From Adineta vaga (taxonomy: Eukaryota > Animalia > Rotifera): 64,000 bases of DNA. A program made the translations under genes and the position numbers. The notes below the pieces were generated by a model. It was not told the origin of the DNA. It did no database searches and worked only from the letters and a program-made list of their open reading frames with translations. The stretch spans positions 17,298,001-17,362,000 of the forward strand of contig CP075492.1 in NCBI GenBank assembly GCA_021613535.1. Reading direction: 5' to 3'. How positions within the stretch are numbered: the first letter of the stretch is position 1; every line of letters begins with the position of its first letter. Of the stretch, positions 34,644 to 49,169 are shown one piece after another.

Positions 34644-36606
34644 TAAATAAGTATATGATAAATCGAAATGTTAATGTAATATAGAATTCAAATATGAATC
34701 TTTTCCTCTCTTTCTAACTCTTCTCCCCTTGTTGTATGGTCAACTCAGTTGTCAAATTGTATGTTATAGTCATTATACTCCTCTTGAAAAGAAAATCATA
34801 AAGAGGTCGCCACTTAGCAAATTATATCACTTATCCTTTTATATTCCTGTTCTCTCTAGATATTCTTTATTCACAAGTGTTGATTGTCCAAAATATGTTC
34901 TTGTATAGTTCTACTTAATTAGTTGTGTTTTTTTAATAATTGCCCATCTAGTTATAAAGTGACAATAAATCTGAGTAGTAAAAAAATAAATAAATAAAAG
35001 AATTTCTTTGCTGCTTTCTTTTGACTTTGGATAATAAAATGAATACAAAAGTATGATGATGCTGTCACATATCAGCAGAACTACAAAGTATATAAAAAGA
35101 GAGAATCAATAACGTTTTACATGGATTACGAGAAAAGAATAGATTTTATGATAAAGAGAAACAATAAAAGAGAATAAATGTGTGGGCTACATACATCTAT
35201 AAATATTCGGATTTTGTAGTGAGTCTTTCGGTATAGCTTTGACTATGGATTTGTTTCTTTAGTGATCAATAAATTTTAAAAATGATCACAGAATGAACAA
35301 ATCCGTATTCAAAGTATACCATAACTCTTCAAATATTTTAAAATCACATAAATATTGAAATTTCAATGCTGAGCATTAGTGATACTTAGGAAATATACAG
35401 TTAGCTTTTATGTGTTATACTCGTCGCAAACGCGCACTTTTACCTTCATCCTCAAGATCAATTTCTATTCTAATAATTATAGCTTTACAACAATATTACA
35501 ACAGAATAGAGCAAGAAATCTTCATGAACGATAAGATCTATTCAAATGGTCTTGTACCAAAATCACCAGATAATAATTTAAGCAAACCAATGATCATTAT
35601 CTCTCGAAATAGACGAGATATTAATGTCGACAAATAAAATGATCTTATATTGATTAGATAATTGGTTAAACTCAACATAAAATATATGATTGTCCATTGT
35701 TCAATAGTCTTATTCTCATTTTGTGTTGCCAAAAAATACCATAGTACATTTCAATTCATTCTATTTGACGTGTCACACAACATCCATAATCAAGTAGAAT
35801 ATCATATAAAAGACGAGAATATAATGATTGTAGTGATAAAAATCATCAGAGAGATCATTTCTAGGTGAAGAATTCGAGATATTCGCGATGTTGGACCATA
35901 TGTACATGCATATCGATCAAGAAGAGATGTTATTAAGAGATTCAATTTGAAGTAAAAATACTAAAAGAAAGAGTCTGAATTTACAGGTGAAACTATCGGA
36001 TATATTTGCAAAAACTATTGCTTGAAGATCGATTAAAATATTGTGGAAAAAAATTAATGATATCAATAAATGAAACTGAGAGTGTATAAAAACAAAATGA
36101 ATTCTTTCAAAGAGTTGATTGAAGAAATGTAAAAAAATTCCTAATGAAACCAATAATTGGAATAATGAGAGGAAGTTTAGTAACAAATCTCTCTTGTACA
36201 AGATTCAAATCATCGATAATATTTCATTATTTGATAACATTTAGTGTAGATTATTTTAAATGTAGGTAGAATGGACAAAAATATGACATTATATCTAAAG
36301 AAATCTTTGATGAATTCTAGAAAAACATTGTTCGGATAGAAGGTATAGTGTTTAAAAAAATGATATTCAATGCTTTACTTCAAAAGTGTTTCGTTTGCCG
36401 TGAATTGTTAATTGTCATAATGGTGTTCTGTTATCAGGAAAAAGGATTTGAGAAAAAAAATGTTCTCATGAATTATTCAGATCTTTTTACGTGAGAAACT
36501 CAGCAATTATATGAAAGGAGTTAATAATATTAACAGTATAAAAACACAGATGAAATATTGGTAATGCTCATAAGCTTAATAGTATTGAGATTGCAGTGAT
36601 CACGAT

Positions 36607-36681
36607 GGTGCAGGGTGAGGATGTGAGTGAGAGTAGTATATTTACACATCAATCATATCTACACCCACACCCTCAAGATGG
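36607..36681 (-). repeat. Hairpin element E12
   Basis: GGTGCAGGGTGAGGATGTGAGTGAG...CTACACCCACACCCTCAAGATGG. Confidence 0.9.
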
Positions 36682-37026
36682 TTTTTTTTTACAGTTTACC
36701 TGTATAATGTATGGTAAAAACACCATTTTATTACTGATCGATGTCTCGCACAATCTTGAGAAGAGTAAAACGTTATAAAATAATAAAAAGGAAAAAACAA
36801 AATATCCATGACAATTGCTATTATCTGCGTCAGTCAAGAAATGAATGAATACAGAAAAAGAACAATAGAAAGATGAAAAGGAAAGAAAATGGGCTTTCTT
36901 TTTATCCTTAGTTGCATTCAACGAATTAAAATAAAAAACCATCAATATAAAACATTATCAACATTCTTAAACGTATTTACGATTCTACGATTGGTAAAGA
37001 CGTTGCATTGTATTTAACTCGTTCGA

Positions 37027-38753
37027 ATGTCGAAAGCAGCTGCACCATCATTAACAACAATTCCAATAGAGCTCGTGTATCGAATTCTTGATAAAATGAG
37101 TCCAAAACGTATCATGATAAGTCTACGTGGTGTCTGCCAGAGACTGAACGATATCACAGATAACTATGCGCCATACAAGGTAAACTTGTCAGATCCGTGT
37201 GATCGTCCTTTTCTACGAAGTCTAGTTTTCATAGTGGCATTAGAAATTTCTTTTAATGAAATTAACACAGATAATCGGTTCAATGTCATCAACAGACTTT
37301 TCATATATATTCTAGGAATACAATCATATTTGCTTGAAAGCTGGAGGAATGGATCCTGAGAAGTTTAAACCATTAGCGAATGCTCTGAAATTCAATCGAG
37401 TAAGTCATCAATTATTAAAACTATACAAGACAATCATCTCTATGTTCTTATTGTGCACGAACAGACAGTAACGAAGTTTGAGTTCAGAGGTGATCATATC
37501 GGGGGGAGAGGTGCTAAAATGTTGGCTGAAGCGTTGATGATCAACCGAGTATGTTTTCATTAGTGATATCACGGATAATTCAATTTCTGTCTAGACAATA
37601 TCTATCATTCATATTGGAGCTAACTGTTTCGATCCTGATGGTGTGAGAGCATTGGGTAAATCGTTAAGGTTCAATCAGGTATATTTCTACAATTGACAAT
37701 CTAGATCATTCATATACCAGTGACTATTTATGCTTGAAGGGTGTAACAACGGTCGATCTCGGTACCTCTACAGCTGGTGCGGGGGGTGCTGAAGCATTTT
37801 TTTGTGCATTGACAACCAGTAGAGTACTACCACCCATTTCTGTAAATTATGACGATCAATCGTAACACAATGAAGGGTTTTAGACACTCCAGAAATTGGC
37901 CATACGTCGCTATAGAATCGAATTATCTAGTGTTGGTATGTTGGCAGATGCATTGAAAGTCAATAAGGTTCACTACATCATTTGCTGAGCGAACGTAGGG
38001 AAATCATTTCATTTTTATCTTCTTGAAGACATTGACAGAACTCGAGTTGGAAGTGAATGACATAGGTGTCGAAGGTATACAAAAATTAGCAGAAGCATTG
38101 AAAATCAATCGTGTAAGTCATACATTGTACGCATTTGCCACAAGCTTAACGATGATCTATCCTTGAATGGTAGACAGTAACACATATCAAACTGGAGCAC
38201 AACCGTCTTGGTTCTGGGAGTGCATGTGCTCTCGCTGAAGCACTTAGTGTCAACAACGTATATTTCCAATCTTTCCTGAAATGATCAACGCAACGAATTC
38301 TTGTCTTTTCTAGACACTGACAGACATATCTCTCAGAAGCAATAATATAGGTGCAGTAGGTGCTGAAGCATTAGCCGAAGCACTGACGACGAATCAGGTA
38401 GTTTTTCGATTTAAATTTATTCTGATGGCTACAATTTCTACTTGAATATCATTGACAAGTAGGGATTGACAACAATTGATCTCGAATACAACGAGATTGG
38501 TCCTGAAGGTGCTCAAAGTTTTGCGCAAGCATTACAGATCAATCAAGTATGTTTTCGATGAAGTAAGACTCGAAGTCAACCTGATGTTCCTCTCGGTAGA
38601 CACTGAAGAAAGTAAAATTGGGTTCAAACAAAATCGGTGAGAAAGGTTCTAAAGCTTTGGCAGCTGTTACAAGAGTAAGATAGTCGATGATTATTGCTTC
38701 AATACATTGTTTTTACTTGATAGAATGGTCTTGAACTCAGCTTCTATCATTAG
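37027..38753 (+). CDS. F-box plus RNI-like LRR protein, multi-exon
   Basis: IPIELVYRILD F-box and about 10 short LRR exons (TLTELELEVNDIGVEGIQKLAEALKINR); last exon ends at TAG 38751-38753. Confidence 0.85.
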
Positions 38754-38881
38754 AGTAGCATTCTTACTTCGATAAAGTTGTACGGCCAACGATCGCTTCG
38801 AGAACAAGTACATGATACTTGCGAATTATCTTTTAATAAAAATTCCTTCTAAACAATAAAACCTGTCTATATACATGTCTT

Positions 38882-38923
38882 ATCTCGAGGGTGTGAGTAA
38901 ATGAAAGATACTGACCCACACCC
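38882..38923 (+). repeat. Hairpin element E13
   Basis: ATCTCGAGGGTGTGAGTA-aatgaaaga-TACTGACCCACACCC. Confidence 0.85.
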
Positions 38924-39422
38924 TTTTTTCCAGTATAAGGATCCATTTTTCTGAGTAATAGAGGCATAGAGTAGATTACACTTGATTATCAAAAGGATGT
39001 TCACTCTCTTACTTTCAGTTTTTCGAACCAATTGTACCAAAAAGTTACAATTTACACATATATATTCGAAAACAAATATAAAACATTTATAGATTTTGAA
39101 AAACATGGACATACACGAAAATCATAACTGTGATTTATCGATCTAATCGACCAACAATATGCTGAACGTTTTCAGAAGCTTGTATTTACAAAAGACCAGA
39201 CAATATGGAATAATCAAAACTAAAATGTTTTTTTCTTTTCATCATAGAATTATTTTATCAAATATTAATTGAATTCACAAAATCCTCTTTGTTTTACATC
39301 GTCTCGGTATGCATGGAAATACCTTGAATTTTGAGATCACTTATAATCTGTTATCTCATTTCTTCAATGTATATATAAAAAACTATTTCATATAAAGAAC
39401 AAATAATTTATTTTGTTTTCTT

Positions 39423-40475
39423 TTAACACGAACTTTTATCAATAAGAAATTTTTGAACACGAGTATTTAAAGTGTCAGTAACGTATAAATGTCCTTGTCG
39501 ATCAAGAAATACATCTGAAGGATAATGTAATTGATCTGTTGCAGAACCTTTACCATTTCCACCCGCAATTAAGATACCATTTGTTGCATCTTTTAACCAA
39601 CGCATAATTCGATGATTTTCATGATCTGCAACATAAACTGATCCTTGTTGATCAACATAAACACCTGATGGGCGATTAAGGTTATTAAATTCATAATCCG
39701 AATGACCAATAAGAAGAATTGGTTCATCATTATCTTCACTTATTTTAAGTATTCGATCAGCTAAAATTCCAACAGAATAAACCGTTCGTTTTTCATCAAC
39801 ATAAATAAAATTTGTGTGGCCTAAATTAGTTGCAATAATATCTCCACTGAATTCATTATCATTAAAATTCCATTTTGTTATTTGCCCTTTTGCATATTCC
39901 GATACATAAATAAAACCTTGATTATCTTGTCCAATTCCAACAACTTGAATTTGATCAACAAGAACTTCACCCTTTTCTGCATTTTTGTACCAACGAACAA
40001 CTCGATAATGTCCTCCATCAGTTATATAAACTGTACCATTTTTATCAACAACAATATCTTGTGGCATATTTAATGGAAGTGTATGAGTATCATCTCCATC
40101 AACTGTTAAACCTGCAACCCATTGACCAATTGTTGCATTTTGTTTCCACATAACAACACGATGATTTGAACGATCTGCAATATAAATCGTATCATTATCA
40201 TCAAGAAATATTCCATATGGATCAGCTAATTGATCAAGTCTTCTACCATAATTATTTCCACCTGCTACTGTTATTCCTTGTTTTGACCATGTTGCTGTTG
40301 AACATATTTCACCATCTATTTAGATAAATAATTATAAAAGAGAAAGTTTTTTACAATTCGATTTACTTGAGAAGCTAAAAGGCAAAAAAAATCAATAATT
40401 TATAAATTAACATTCATGAAAATCTTACCTGAAAGTAAGAAGTAAAAAATAAAAGCAAATACTTTTTTCAATCAT
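39423..40475 (-). CDS. Secreted NHL-repeat beta-propeller protein
   Basis: LNRPSGVYVD..VYVADHENHRI and AGGNGKGSATDQLHYPSDV..DTLNTRVQKF, with short upstream exons carrying a leader from ATG 40475. Confidence 0.88.
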
Positions 40476-40930
40476 TATTTTTGTTTTAATATTGACAATA
40501 AAATAAAGCGACCTAAATAAGATTTTATTTTCTGATTCTCTCATCATACATCAACATGTTGAGTATCTCATGATGAGATTCTCATCATATTTTTTTATCA
40601 ATACTTATTTGTCCCCAAAATACAATGAAGAAATATGATAGTCATAGCAATTTTAAGGAAGATTAGTGTCGTTTTCATGAAGAAAACGATGCTTGAGTAA
40701 TTGAATCAGAAGCCATGTGTTAATTTAAGAAAGAGTTTTATAATAGACGATGATAGAAAAGATACAGTTAACGAATATATTCATACTTTAGTAAATTGCA
40801 GATTGTTTATAAACAAGAAAATAGTTACTGTAAATATAGACGAAATTTATAAAACGTTAATTTTTAATTTTTTTTCTCATTTTTTAACGCTCTTATGATA
40901 GAAGACAAAATTTTTATCTAGAAATATCAA

Positions 40931-40988
40931 GAGTGTGTGTGAAGATGTAAGAGTTATATGTAAATCCTAACACCCACCCTCAAGATCG
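40931..40988 (-). repeat. Hairpin element E14
   Basis: GAGTGTGTGTG...AACACCCACCCTCAAGATCG. Confidence 0.8.
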
Positions 40989-41716
40989 TAAAAAGAAGGG
41001 GAATACGAACTACTAATGATAATGAAGAAACTATTGAAAATACTTCAAATGAGGAAATATCAACATATGTCAATGTAGAACTTGAAGATGATGTGACGGC
41101 AGTAATTTTCAGTGACAAAGCAACACAAACTTAAGATGTTAGTGAAGAAGTTATAGATGATAATACTCATGAAGCATTTGATTTAGATTTTTCTTTCAAA
41201 AAAAAGTCTTAACATTTTTCGAACAGATAGATATTCAGAATAGAAAGCGAATATAAAATTAACTTTAATTTTCATTTAACTGGATTGATATAACATGCAA
41301 TGCATATAATAAATGAGAAAATATGTACAATTCTTTGTTAAAATCTTATTAAATTTTTTAGCATTGTAAAATATTTCAATAAAAATAAAGAATAACAACA
41401 GAAACGAAATTATATGTCGTCGAGAATGATATCCTTTTCGTACATTGGTATCTTATCAATTGTCGAATGAAAAGAAGCTATATGTGTATGAATAAGAAAA
41501 CTATTTATATAAAAGGTAAAGAAAAAAAATTCAGACGTAAAAATGTTTTTTTTTTCTTTTCGTTCTCTATAATTTCTCAATTATAGCTACGTACTTTTAC
41601 TCGATTTTGATTTTTTTTACATCAATCGATAAAACAGAACACTATTTTCATCATTTAATATTTATATATTTCAGATCACAAGATTAATTTTTGTTTTATT
41701 CTACTCATCACATAGA

Positions 41717-42139
41717 ATGGCATCTGAATTCTTTGTACAAGTTCATGATACAACAAAACAGGTTGGAAATACAATAAAAGCTGGTATAAATTCTGCTGCA
41801 AATAAATGGAATGAAAGTTCTACACTTACAAAAGCATGTATCGTCGGTGTGCCAACTGCAATCGTTGTGCCATTTTCAATGATACCTGCTTTAGGTGCGG
41901 TTGGATTTACATCAGCTGGTGTTGCGGCCGGCAGCATTGCAGCAACTCTTCAAACAGCATCAACCGCAGCAGGAAGTCTTTTTGCCCTTTGTCAATCTGC
42001 TGGAGCGATTAGTGCTATAGCTCTACCAACATCTGTGGGTGTTGGACTTGCAGCTGGTACTACTGCAGGAGGAATAGCAGCCGTAGTTTGTAGAGAAAAG
42101 GATTCTAAAAACAAGAATGATGAAAAAAATACAAATTGA
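41717..42139 (+). CDS. IFI6/IFI27 (ISG12)-like membrane protein
   Basis: ALGAVGFTSAGVAAGSIAA..AGSLFALCQSAGA motif. Confidence 0.8.
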   Translation: MASEFFVQVHDTTKQVGNTIKAGINSAANKWNESSTLTKACIVGVPTAIVVPFSMIPALGAVGFTSAGVAAGSIAATLQTASTAAGSLFALCQSAGAISAIALPTSVGVGLAAGTTAGGIAAVVCREKDSKNKNDEKNTN

Positions 42140-43143
42140 AGATGATATACATAGAAAAGAATTCGCAGCAAAATTATAAGTGACATCGATTCTTTGCATT
42201 TCCTAATCATTTATTCATATTTTATTTCATAAAAGAAGACATACTTTACTTTGACAAGCATTCGGGAAAAAAAACAATTCATATTGTTTCTTCTTCCATT
42301 GGCGTTTAAAAAGTATGAATAAACTCTCCTATGAATTATTTCTGTTTCGAAATCGAAGAATGTTATTTATTGTTTATTTTGTAATTGTGATGATAATTAT
42401 GATTGATCAATATTTCCATTCGATCGTGCAAGATAATAAACATTTGAAGCAAATTCCTATTCCTGGATTATTATATAGATATGCTTAAAAAATGGAGATA
42501 AAGAAATAATGATAAAATTACAATGAAAGTGAAAAAAAAAGAAGAAACAATTTTAATTTGGTAAATACGAATTCCAAGGTTGATTAAATGAATTATAAGT
42601 AATTTCACTTTCTGAATATGCCATATAACTATGCATATTATAATATCCACGTACTGCAAATATATTTCCACCTGATGCAAGCACATCTGGCCATATTCCA
42701 TGATGTTTACGATACGATAAGAAAACATTCATAAAGAAATAGACACACACACACCCTTGCGAACATATCAGTTTATATCTACATATTGCTAATTAAAAGA
42801 ATATATATATAAAAATAATCTACTTTTTAAAAATAGAACAAAACAAGAATAACAAATTTAATTACATAAAGAGGTCTTGAAAATGATACTGTCATTACAA
42901 AGACTTATTCAAGTATGAAATTAGAAAACTCTATGGTAAATTCTTTCAATTCTTATTTCTTTTGTTGAAGTCAGTTTTCAAATTACAAAAGAAAACAGAT
43001 CCATACAGAATCTCTACAACATTTTCTATAAGAAATATTCTATAGATTTTGCTTTACTTGTTTTTTTCAATATAGTATTGAAGTGTTGTGAATTAATACT
43101 ATATTTTTCGGATTTATTTATTTATTTATTTAAAAAGAAAGTG

Positions 43144-44118
43144 ATGCCATTAACAAATTTACCAGCTATTCAAAGAGAAATGATACGATATGGTCTCAGT
43201 ATTTATCTTGCATTAGGTCTTGTAGGTAATGTATTAAATTGTATTATGTTTACAAGAAATTCATATCGTCGTACACCAAGTTCTCTTTATCTACTTTCAT
43301 TATCGATCTTTTCGATGATGTTTCTAATGTGGTTACTTATTCCATCTATTTATGCATTATATTATAGTGAGCTTCAAACACAATCGGTTATTTATTGTAA
43401 AATAAGACTTTATATTGGTCATATTCTTAATTTATATCTACGTTATTCTGTAGTCTTTGCTTGTACAGATCGATATTTTATTACTCGAACAAATATTCAT
43501 CTTCGTTCATTAAGTTCAATTAAAACAGCTAAGAAACTTCTTTTTTTTATGTTTATCATTTTTCCATTGATGGCTATACATATGCCTATTTTAATGGACA
43601 TAAGAAATGGTAGTTGTGGTATGATTGGAATATATAAATTAGTATATGCAATCTATCAACTGATTATTTCGGGTCTTTTACCACCAATATTCATGAGTAT
43701 TTTTAGTATTCTTACCATTAATAGTCTTCATCAACGACATCACACGGGTCAAATACGTATGAAACAAAGTGATCGAGCTTTAACTCGTATGGTTGTTGTT
43801 GAAGTTATAGTAAATATTATAACGGCAATTCCATATTCAATAAATCTTTTATATGGTGCATTAACATATTTTATCATAGATAAGAGTACTCAACGTCTTG
43901 AAATCGAATCATTTATTACTTATATTAGTCGATTTAGGATTTATTTCGTTGGTGTTACTCCTTTCTATGTATTTATCTTCACATCTAAACCATTTCGAAA
44001 TGAATTTATTAGTTTATTTATTAATTTCTTTTACAAATATATCTTACGACAAAGACGAATCGTTCCAATTCATGATCAACACACAACGATACAAACAAAT
44101 AATATTCGAATGACTTAA
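43144..44118 (+). CDS. Rhodopsin-like GPCR
   Basis: GLVGN, ACTDRY, DRALTRM and SKPFR; ATG at 43144. Confidence 0.9.
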   Translation: MPLTNLPAIQREMIRYGLSIYLALGLVGNVLNCIMFTRNSYRRTPSSLYLLSLSIFSMMFLMWLLIPSIYALYYSELQTQSVIYCKIRLYIGHILNLYLRYSVVFACTDRYFITRTNIHLRSLSSIKTAKKLLFFMFIIFPLMAIHMPILMDIRNGSCGMIGIYKLVYAIYQLIISGLLPPIFMSIFSILTINSLHQRHHTGQIRMKQSDRALTRMVVVEVIVNIITAIPYSINLLYGALTYFIIDKSTQRLEIESFITYISRFRIYFVGVTPFYVFIFTSKPFRNEFISLFINFFYKYILRQRRIVPIHDQHTTIQTNNIRMT

Positions 44119-44144
44119 AACAAACAATATAGAAACATATATAT

Positions 44145-44192
44145 CCATCTTGAACGGTTGTGTAAGGTTAATGAAAGAAAAACTTACATCCA
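44145..44192 (+). repeat. Hairpin element E16
   Basis: CCATCTTGAACGGTTGTGTAAG-gttaatgaaagaaaaa-CTTACATCCA; starts 26 bp after the stop codon. Confidence 0.7.
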
Positions 44193-44326
44193 TAATAATA
44201 AAACCTGTTTTCTCGCTTCTATAACGTGATAGAAATCCAAATATTTGTTGATATTTGATCCTTTTATTTTATTAACAATGAAATAATAACACTTTTTTTT
44301 CTATATATCACTATCGTCGATTAAAA

Positions 44327-47300
44327 ATGATGTTAATACTAAGAATAAAACTTATTTTATTGAATATATTATTTATAAAAACTGAAATCTATCTTTCTAA
44401 TACAAATGATGGTTTTAATATTGAATATTATGATTGTTCTCTTATTCAATCATTAATATTTTGTCGTCGTCCAAAAGAATCAATTGATTTACATTGAAAT
44501 AATAATATGCAATTATGTTTAGAAAATGGTGGACAAGTTCATCGTTTTAGTGAACTTCAATCAAGAAATTTTTCAATTAGTCGTATTTTACATCAATGGA
44601 AATCGAGTCTTGAACAAATTGAACAATATTTATTTTATTTAAAAAATCATTCAACAATCGATGATTACATTTGTGAATGTTATCATTCATCATTATTTGG
44701 AAAGACTTGTGAATATGAATTACCAATTGGTACATCATTATCTGAAACACTTGATCGACAAATGGCTATACGAAATAAACATCGATGGATATTTCAAATG
44801 TATAGTGATATCATTTGTTATGAAACAATTGAATGTAATTCGGGTATGTTATGTCTTGATTGGAGAGATATTTGTGATGGTATTCAGAATTGTATGTTTG
44901 GAAAAGATGAAGAAAATTGTGATTTATTAGAAATGAATCAATGTGATGATAATGAATATCGTTGTATGAATGGAATGTGTATTCCTGAAGAATTTTTTCT
45001 CGATGGAGAATTTGATTGTCTTGATTGGTCATGTGGTGATGGAGAATGTATTTCTGATCGATTAAATTTTCAAAAATCATCAAATGATCCAATTTGTCAA
45101 AGTGGACGTGATCAATATTATATTTGTGAAATTCTCCCGTATCATACACGATGGACAATGTCAAATGGACGATGTTATATTAATAATAATCAAAGATATG
45201 AACAATCTTCAATGATTGATTATGAACAATGTGAATATCTTCTTAAATGTTCTTTATCACAAGGTGAAGAAATAAATTGTCCATGTTATCGCAATTCTAC
45301 ATGTATGGAAAAACTTAAACAAGATTGTTCTTTATCATTAATTCAATATCCACGTCAAGCAGTTCTTGCTCCATTTTCATTCTTCTTCTTTAATATTACG
45401 CGAGATTGGAAAACTAATTTACCAAATTTTGTTCTTATCAATGGAACAATTCGATGTGGAAATTCATTTGTTACTGTAAGAAAATTTCTTCGATTTGAAA
45501 AATATTTTGATATTCGTCAAATGACTGAAGAATATTTTTGTTGATCATTTCGAAATATTTCCTCGGAAGAACAATGTTATCATGGAAATCAATCAATTAA
45601 TCGATGTAATGAATGAAATTCTTGTATGTCTTTGAGTAGAATTAATGATGGATGGATAAATTGTTTGAATAAGAAAGATGAAATTGAACAAAAAGAAATT
45701 GAAATCGAAATGAATTTGATCAATGGTTATTTGGAAATGGTCGAGAATTATCAACAATTAATTGTAATAATCAAAAGAAAGATGAATGTTTATTTTTACG
45801 TCAATATATTGAACAATCATGGACAAAATCTATATCAATGAATGAAAGTGAGATACAATTTGAAGATCGAATTTCTTTTCGTTTCTATTGTGATAAGTTT
45901 TGAGATTTGGAATTAGGAGAAGATGAAAATCTTCTCGAATGTCAACGTTCATGGATATGTTCTTTAGAACAATGGCACTGCGGAAGTGGACAATGTTTTG
46001 AAAAACTTTGGAAAAATGATGGCGAATGGGATTGTTCTGATGTTACAGATGAAAGTGCGCAAATAAGACGTCAAACTGAATCAATATTAAAAAAAGCATC
46101 TCGTCATAGTTTTACTAATCAATCATATTTTATACCAAGTAAATGTAATCAATCTCATCCATTTCTTTGTCTATCGACGAAAGCAATTCTACAGGGATAT
46201 TCTTGTTTAAATTCAAGTCAAATTGGTGATGGTCATATTGATTGTGCAGGAGCTCTAGATGAACAAATGACACTTAAGCATTGTTTGCAATCAACAATAC
46301 TTGGATCAAACTATTTCTGTCAAACAAGTAATACTTGTATTCCTTATTATCTTCATTGTTCGAATGAGAATCGTTGTCCAAATCGATCTGATGATGAATA
46401 TTGGTGTTCTACTCAATATCAATTATCGACTTGTTCAAGTACACATAATTTTAGATGTTTTAATGGTCAATGTCTTAAACGTGGTCGATGTAATTCTCAA
46501 ACTAATTGTCTATTTGATGAAGATGAATATATGTGTGATTATTCAAGTATATCACGAATGGCTATTATTCCGTATCGTCAAGTAAAACGATTTTTACGAA
46601 GAATTACAAAGAGTACTATTCGATTATCTTTATATCCAAAAGATATCAACATAACAAATCTTGTTTCTGAATCTACAATAACAATTTCTTCTTCTTCTTC
46701 TTCTTCAAAAAATTTTTCATCCTTAGCACCATATTGGTGTAATCGTGGTCTTGGAACTTTATTAACAAAGAATAAATCAATTGTTTGTTTTTGTTCTCCA
46801 CATTATTATGGAGATAAATGTCAATATCATTCTGATCGTTTATCAATTTCTCTTTATTTAAATCTTTCTCAATTAACAAATACATCAGAAAATAATCCAA
46901 CAATAGTTTATAAACTTCTCGTTTTGTTTTTATTCAAGAATCAAATCTTAATGTTTGAACAATTTCAACTTCGATCAATATTAGAGAATCAAAAGATAAT
47001 TACACATTTTCCCTATTCACATTCTTTGTCATCTCGTCAAGAAAGAGAAAGACGATTTGTAAATCGATCTAATCTTCTTCATTTTCATCCTTATTCTATT
47101 CGAATTGAACTTTATGAAATATTAATTGATAAACAACTATCTTTAGTTTTCGTATGGAAATATCCAATTCTATTTGATTATCTTCCTGTTTATCGTTTTG
47201 CTAAAGTTCTTCATTTAATTCATTTATCAAATAATCAAAATCCTTGTTTAAGTCAACCATGTCATCTAAATGAACAATGTCAACCATTAATGAATAATCA

Positions 47301-49169
47301 ATTATCACATATTTGTCTTTGTAAAACGAATTTTACTGGAGAAAATTGTTCAACAATGAATTCTTATTGTCTTCAAGGTTATTGTTCTCAAGGATCATTA
47401 TGTTTATCAAATTCAGCGAATTCTATTCCATTTTGTTTATGTCCTTTGAATCGATTTGGTCTTCAATGTTTAATTGAACATGATCGTTGTCATTTCAATC
47501 CTTGTTTAAATAATGGAAATTGTATTTCAGATTTTCAACTTGATCAATTTATTTGTATTTTGTACAAGAAAATTTCGTGGACCAAGATGTCAATGGAAAA
47601 GATCATCAATTTATTTATCTATTTCAAATAATATATCACATCATGGTGTTGTTATTCAATATCTTGAAATCAATTCCATATCTCTTGAACTTAATCTTAT
47701 TGATCAACAAGTATTTGAAAATCTTCCTTTATTTATTGAATTTTTTCCTTATGATGATCGAAAACCTATGTTACCTGATATTGTTTTAGCTAAAATTTAT
47801 TCATCTTATCAAAATGTTTATCTTCTATCTGTCACTCGTAGTATCTACTTTTCTTCTCTTCATGGAACAACACAAATTTCTTCAATTAATCAATGTTCAC
47901 ATATTCGAACAATTTCTAACGGTAAAATTTTCTCCTCTCTCTCTCAAATTATTATTGTTTTTATTTCATAATAGATTCTTCACCTATTCGATATCATCAA
48001 ATTTGTCTTATGTCTCGATCTATTCTTTGTTTTCGAGATGATATTTATCTATGTATATGTGTAGAGAATCATAGTCGAGTTGAATGTTTTCTATATAATT
48101 ATAATTTTGATCACTGTTCTCATTGTTTATCAAGCGGTCATTGTTTACGTGGAGATCCTTATGAATTAAACGATTTTCTTTGTATTTGTCCACCATGTTA
48201 TACAGGACGACAATGTCAATTTAATACCAAATCATTTTCATTAACTCTTGATCAACTTTTCTATACTGATCTTCTTTCAAATCAATATCAAAATTCAATT
48301 ATTTCGTCTTATTCATCTAATAATAATTACTAAAATATCTCGATCATCTCCCATTATTGATGATGTATTTTGTAAACTTTTAAGTTATTTATTAACTTGT
48401 ATAACTCGTCTTAATATTTGGCTTCCATCATTCATTGCACTTGAACATGTTTATACAACAATATTTTTCAATAAACAATGCTTTCAACAACCATCTATTG
48501 CTCGTTTTCTCATGATATTTATCATTTGTTTAATTCTTATTTCTACTGTTTATGAATTGATTTTTATGAAATCTTTATCAATAATTGAAGATTCAAATAA
48601 AGCCTTATGTGTTATTGAATATCCAACAAATCATCGATCAATATGGATTTCTATTCAACAAATCGTTTCTATTAGTCATTTTCTTGTTCCATTTATTATT
48701 AATTCGGTTTCGACAATGACAATTATTGGTGTTATTATTAAAACAAAAGTGAAGATTTTTCGAAATATCAAATGTAAGAATAATAATAATGAAGAACATC
48801 GAACTGTATTTCGAAATGTTTTAAATGATAACTCGACCAACAATAACACTTGTTCCATCAATATTCTCACTTTTTTCTTTGCCATTATTTATTATATCAT
48901 TTTCATTAGGTTGTCAAAATCTTGAAAATAATCCATTACGATATGTTTTAATTTCATTCTTTTACTTAACATTTATTTCCCAAATCTTTATGTTTTATCT
49001 CTATATATATCCATCAACATTCTATTGGAAAGAATGGCAATTAACAACTATTTATCGATGGATTAAAATTCGTCGACAAAATCATTCTTCTATTAATAAT
49101 GATCTTTCGACTATCGATGAACAAAAATTAAAAAATATTTCATCAATATTGAACAATGAATGTAATTAA
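44327..49169 (+). pseudogene. LDLa/EGF-repeat 7TM receptor pseudogene
   Basis: Same architecture as 4120-8758, with TGA at 44495, 45542, 45614 and 45901 plus several frameshifts and deletions. Confidence 0.85.

Noticed and set aside
35410-36945. Short ORFs on both strands
   Set aside because: AT-rich with no recognisable domain. A small gene at about 35400-35640 cannot be excluded.
42400-42750. Minus-strand fragment HHGIWPDVLASGGNIFAVRGYYNMH
   Set aside because: It looks exon-like, but I cannot support a start, a complete structure or a family.
42741-42759. ACACACACACACCCTTG as a possible half-site (E15)
   Set aside because: It could be a simple CA microsatellite, and there is no G-rich arm.
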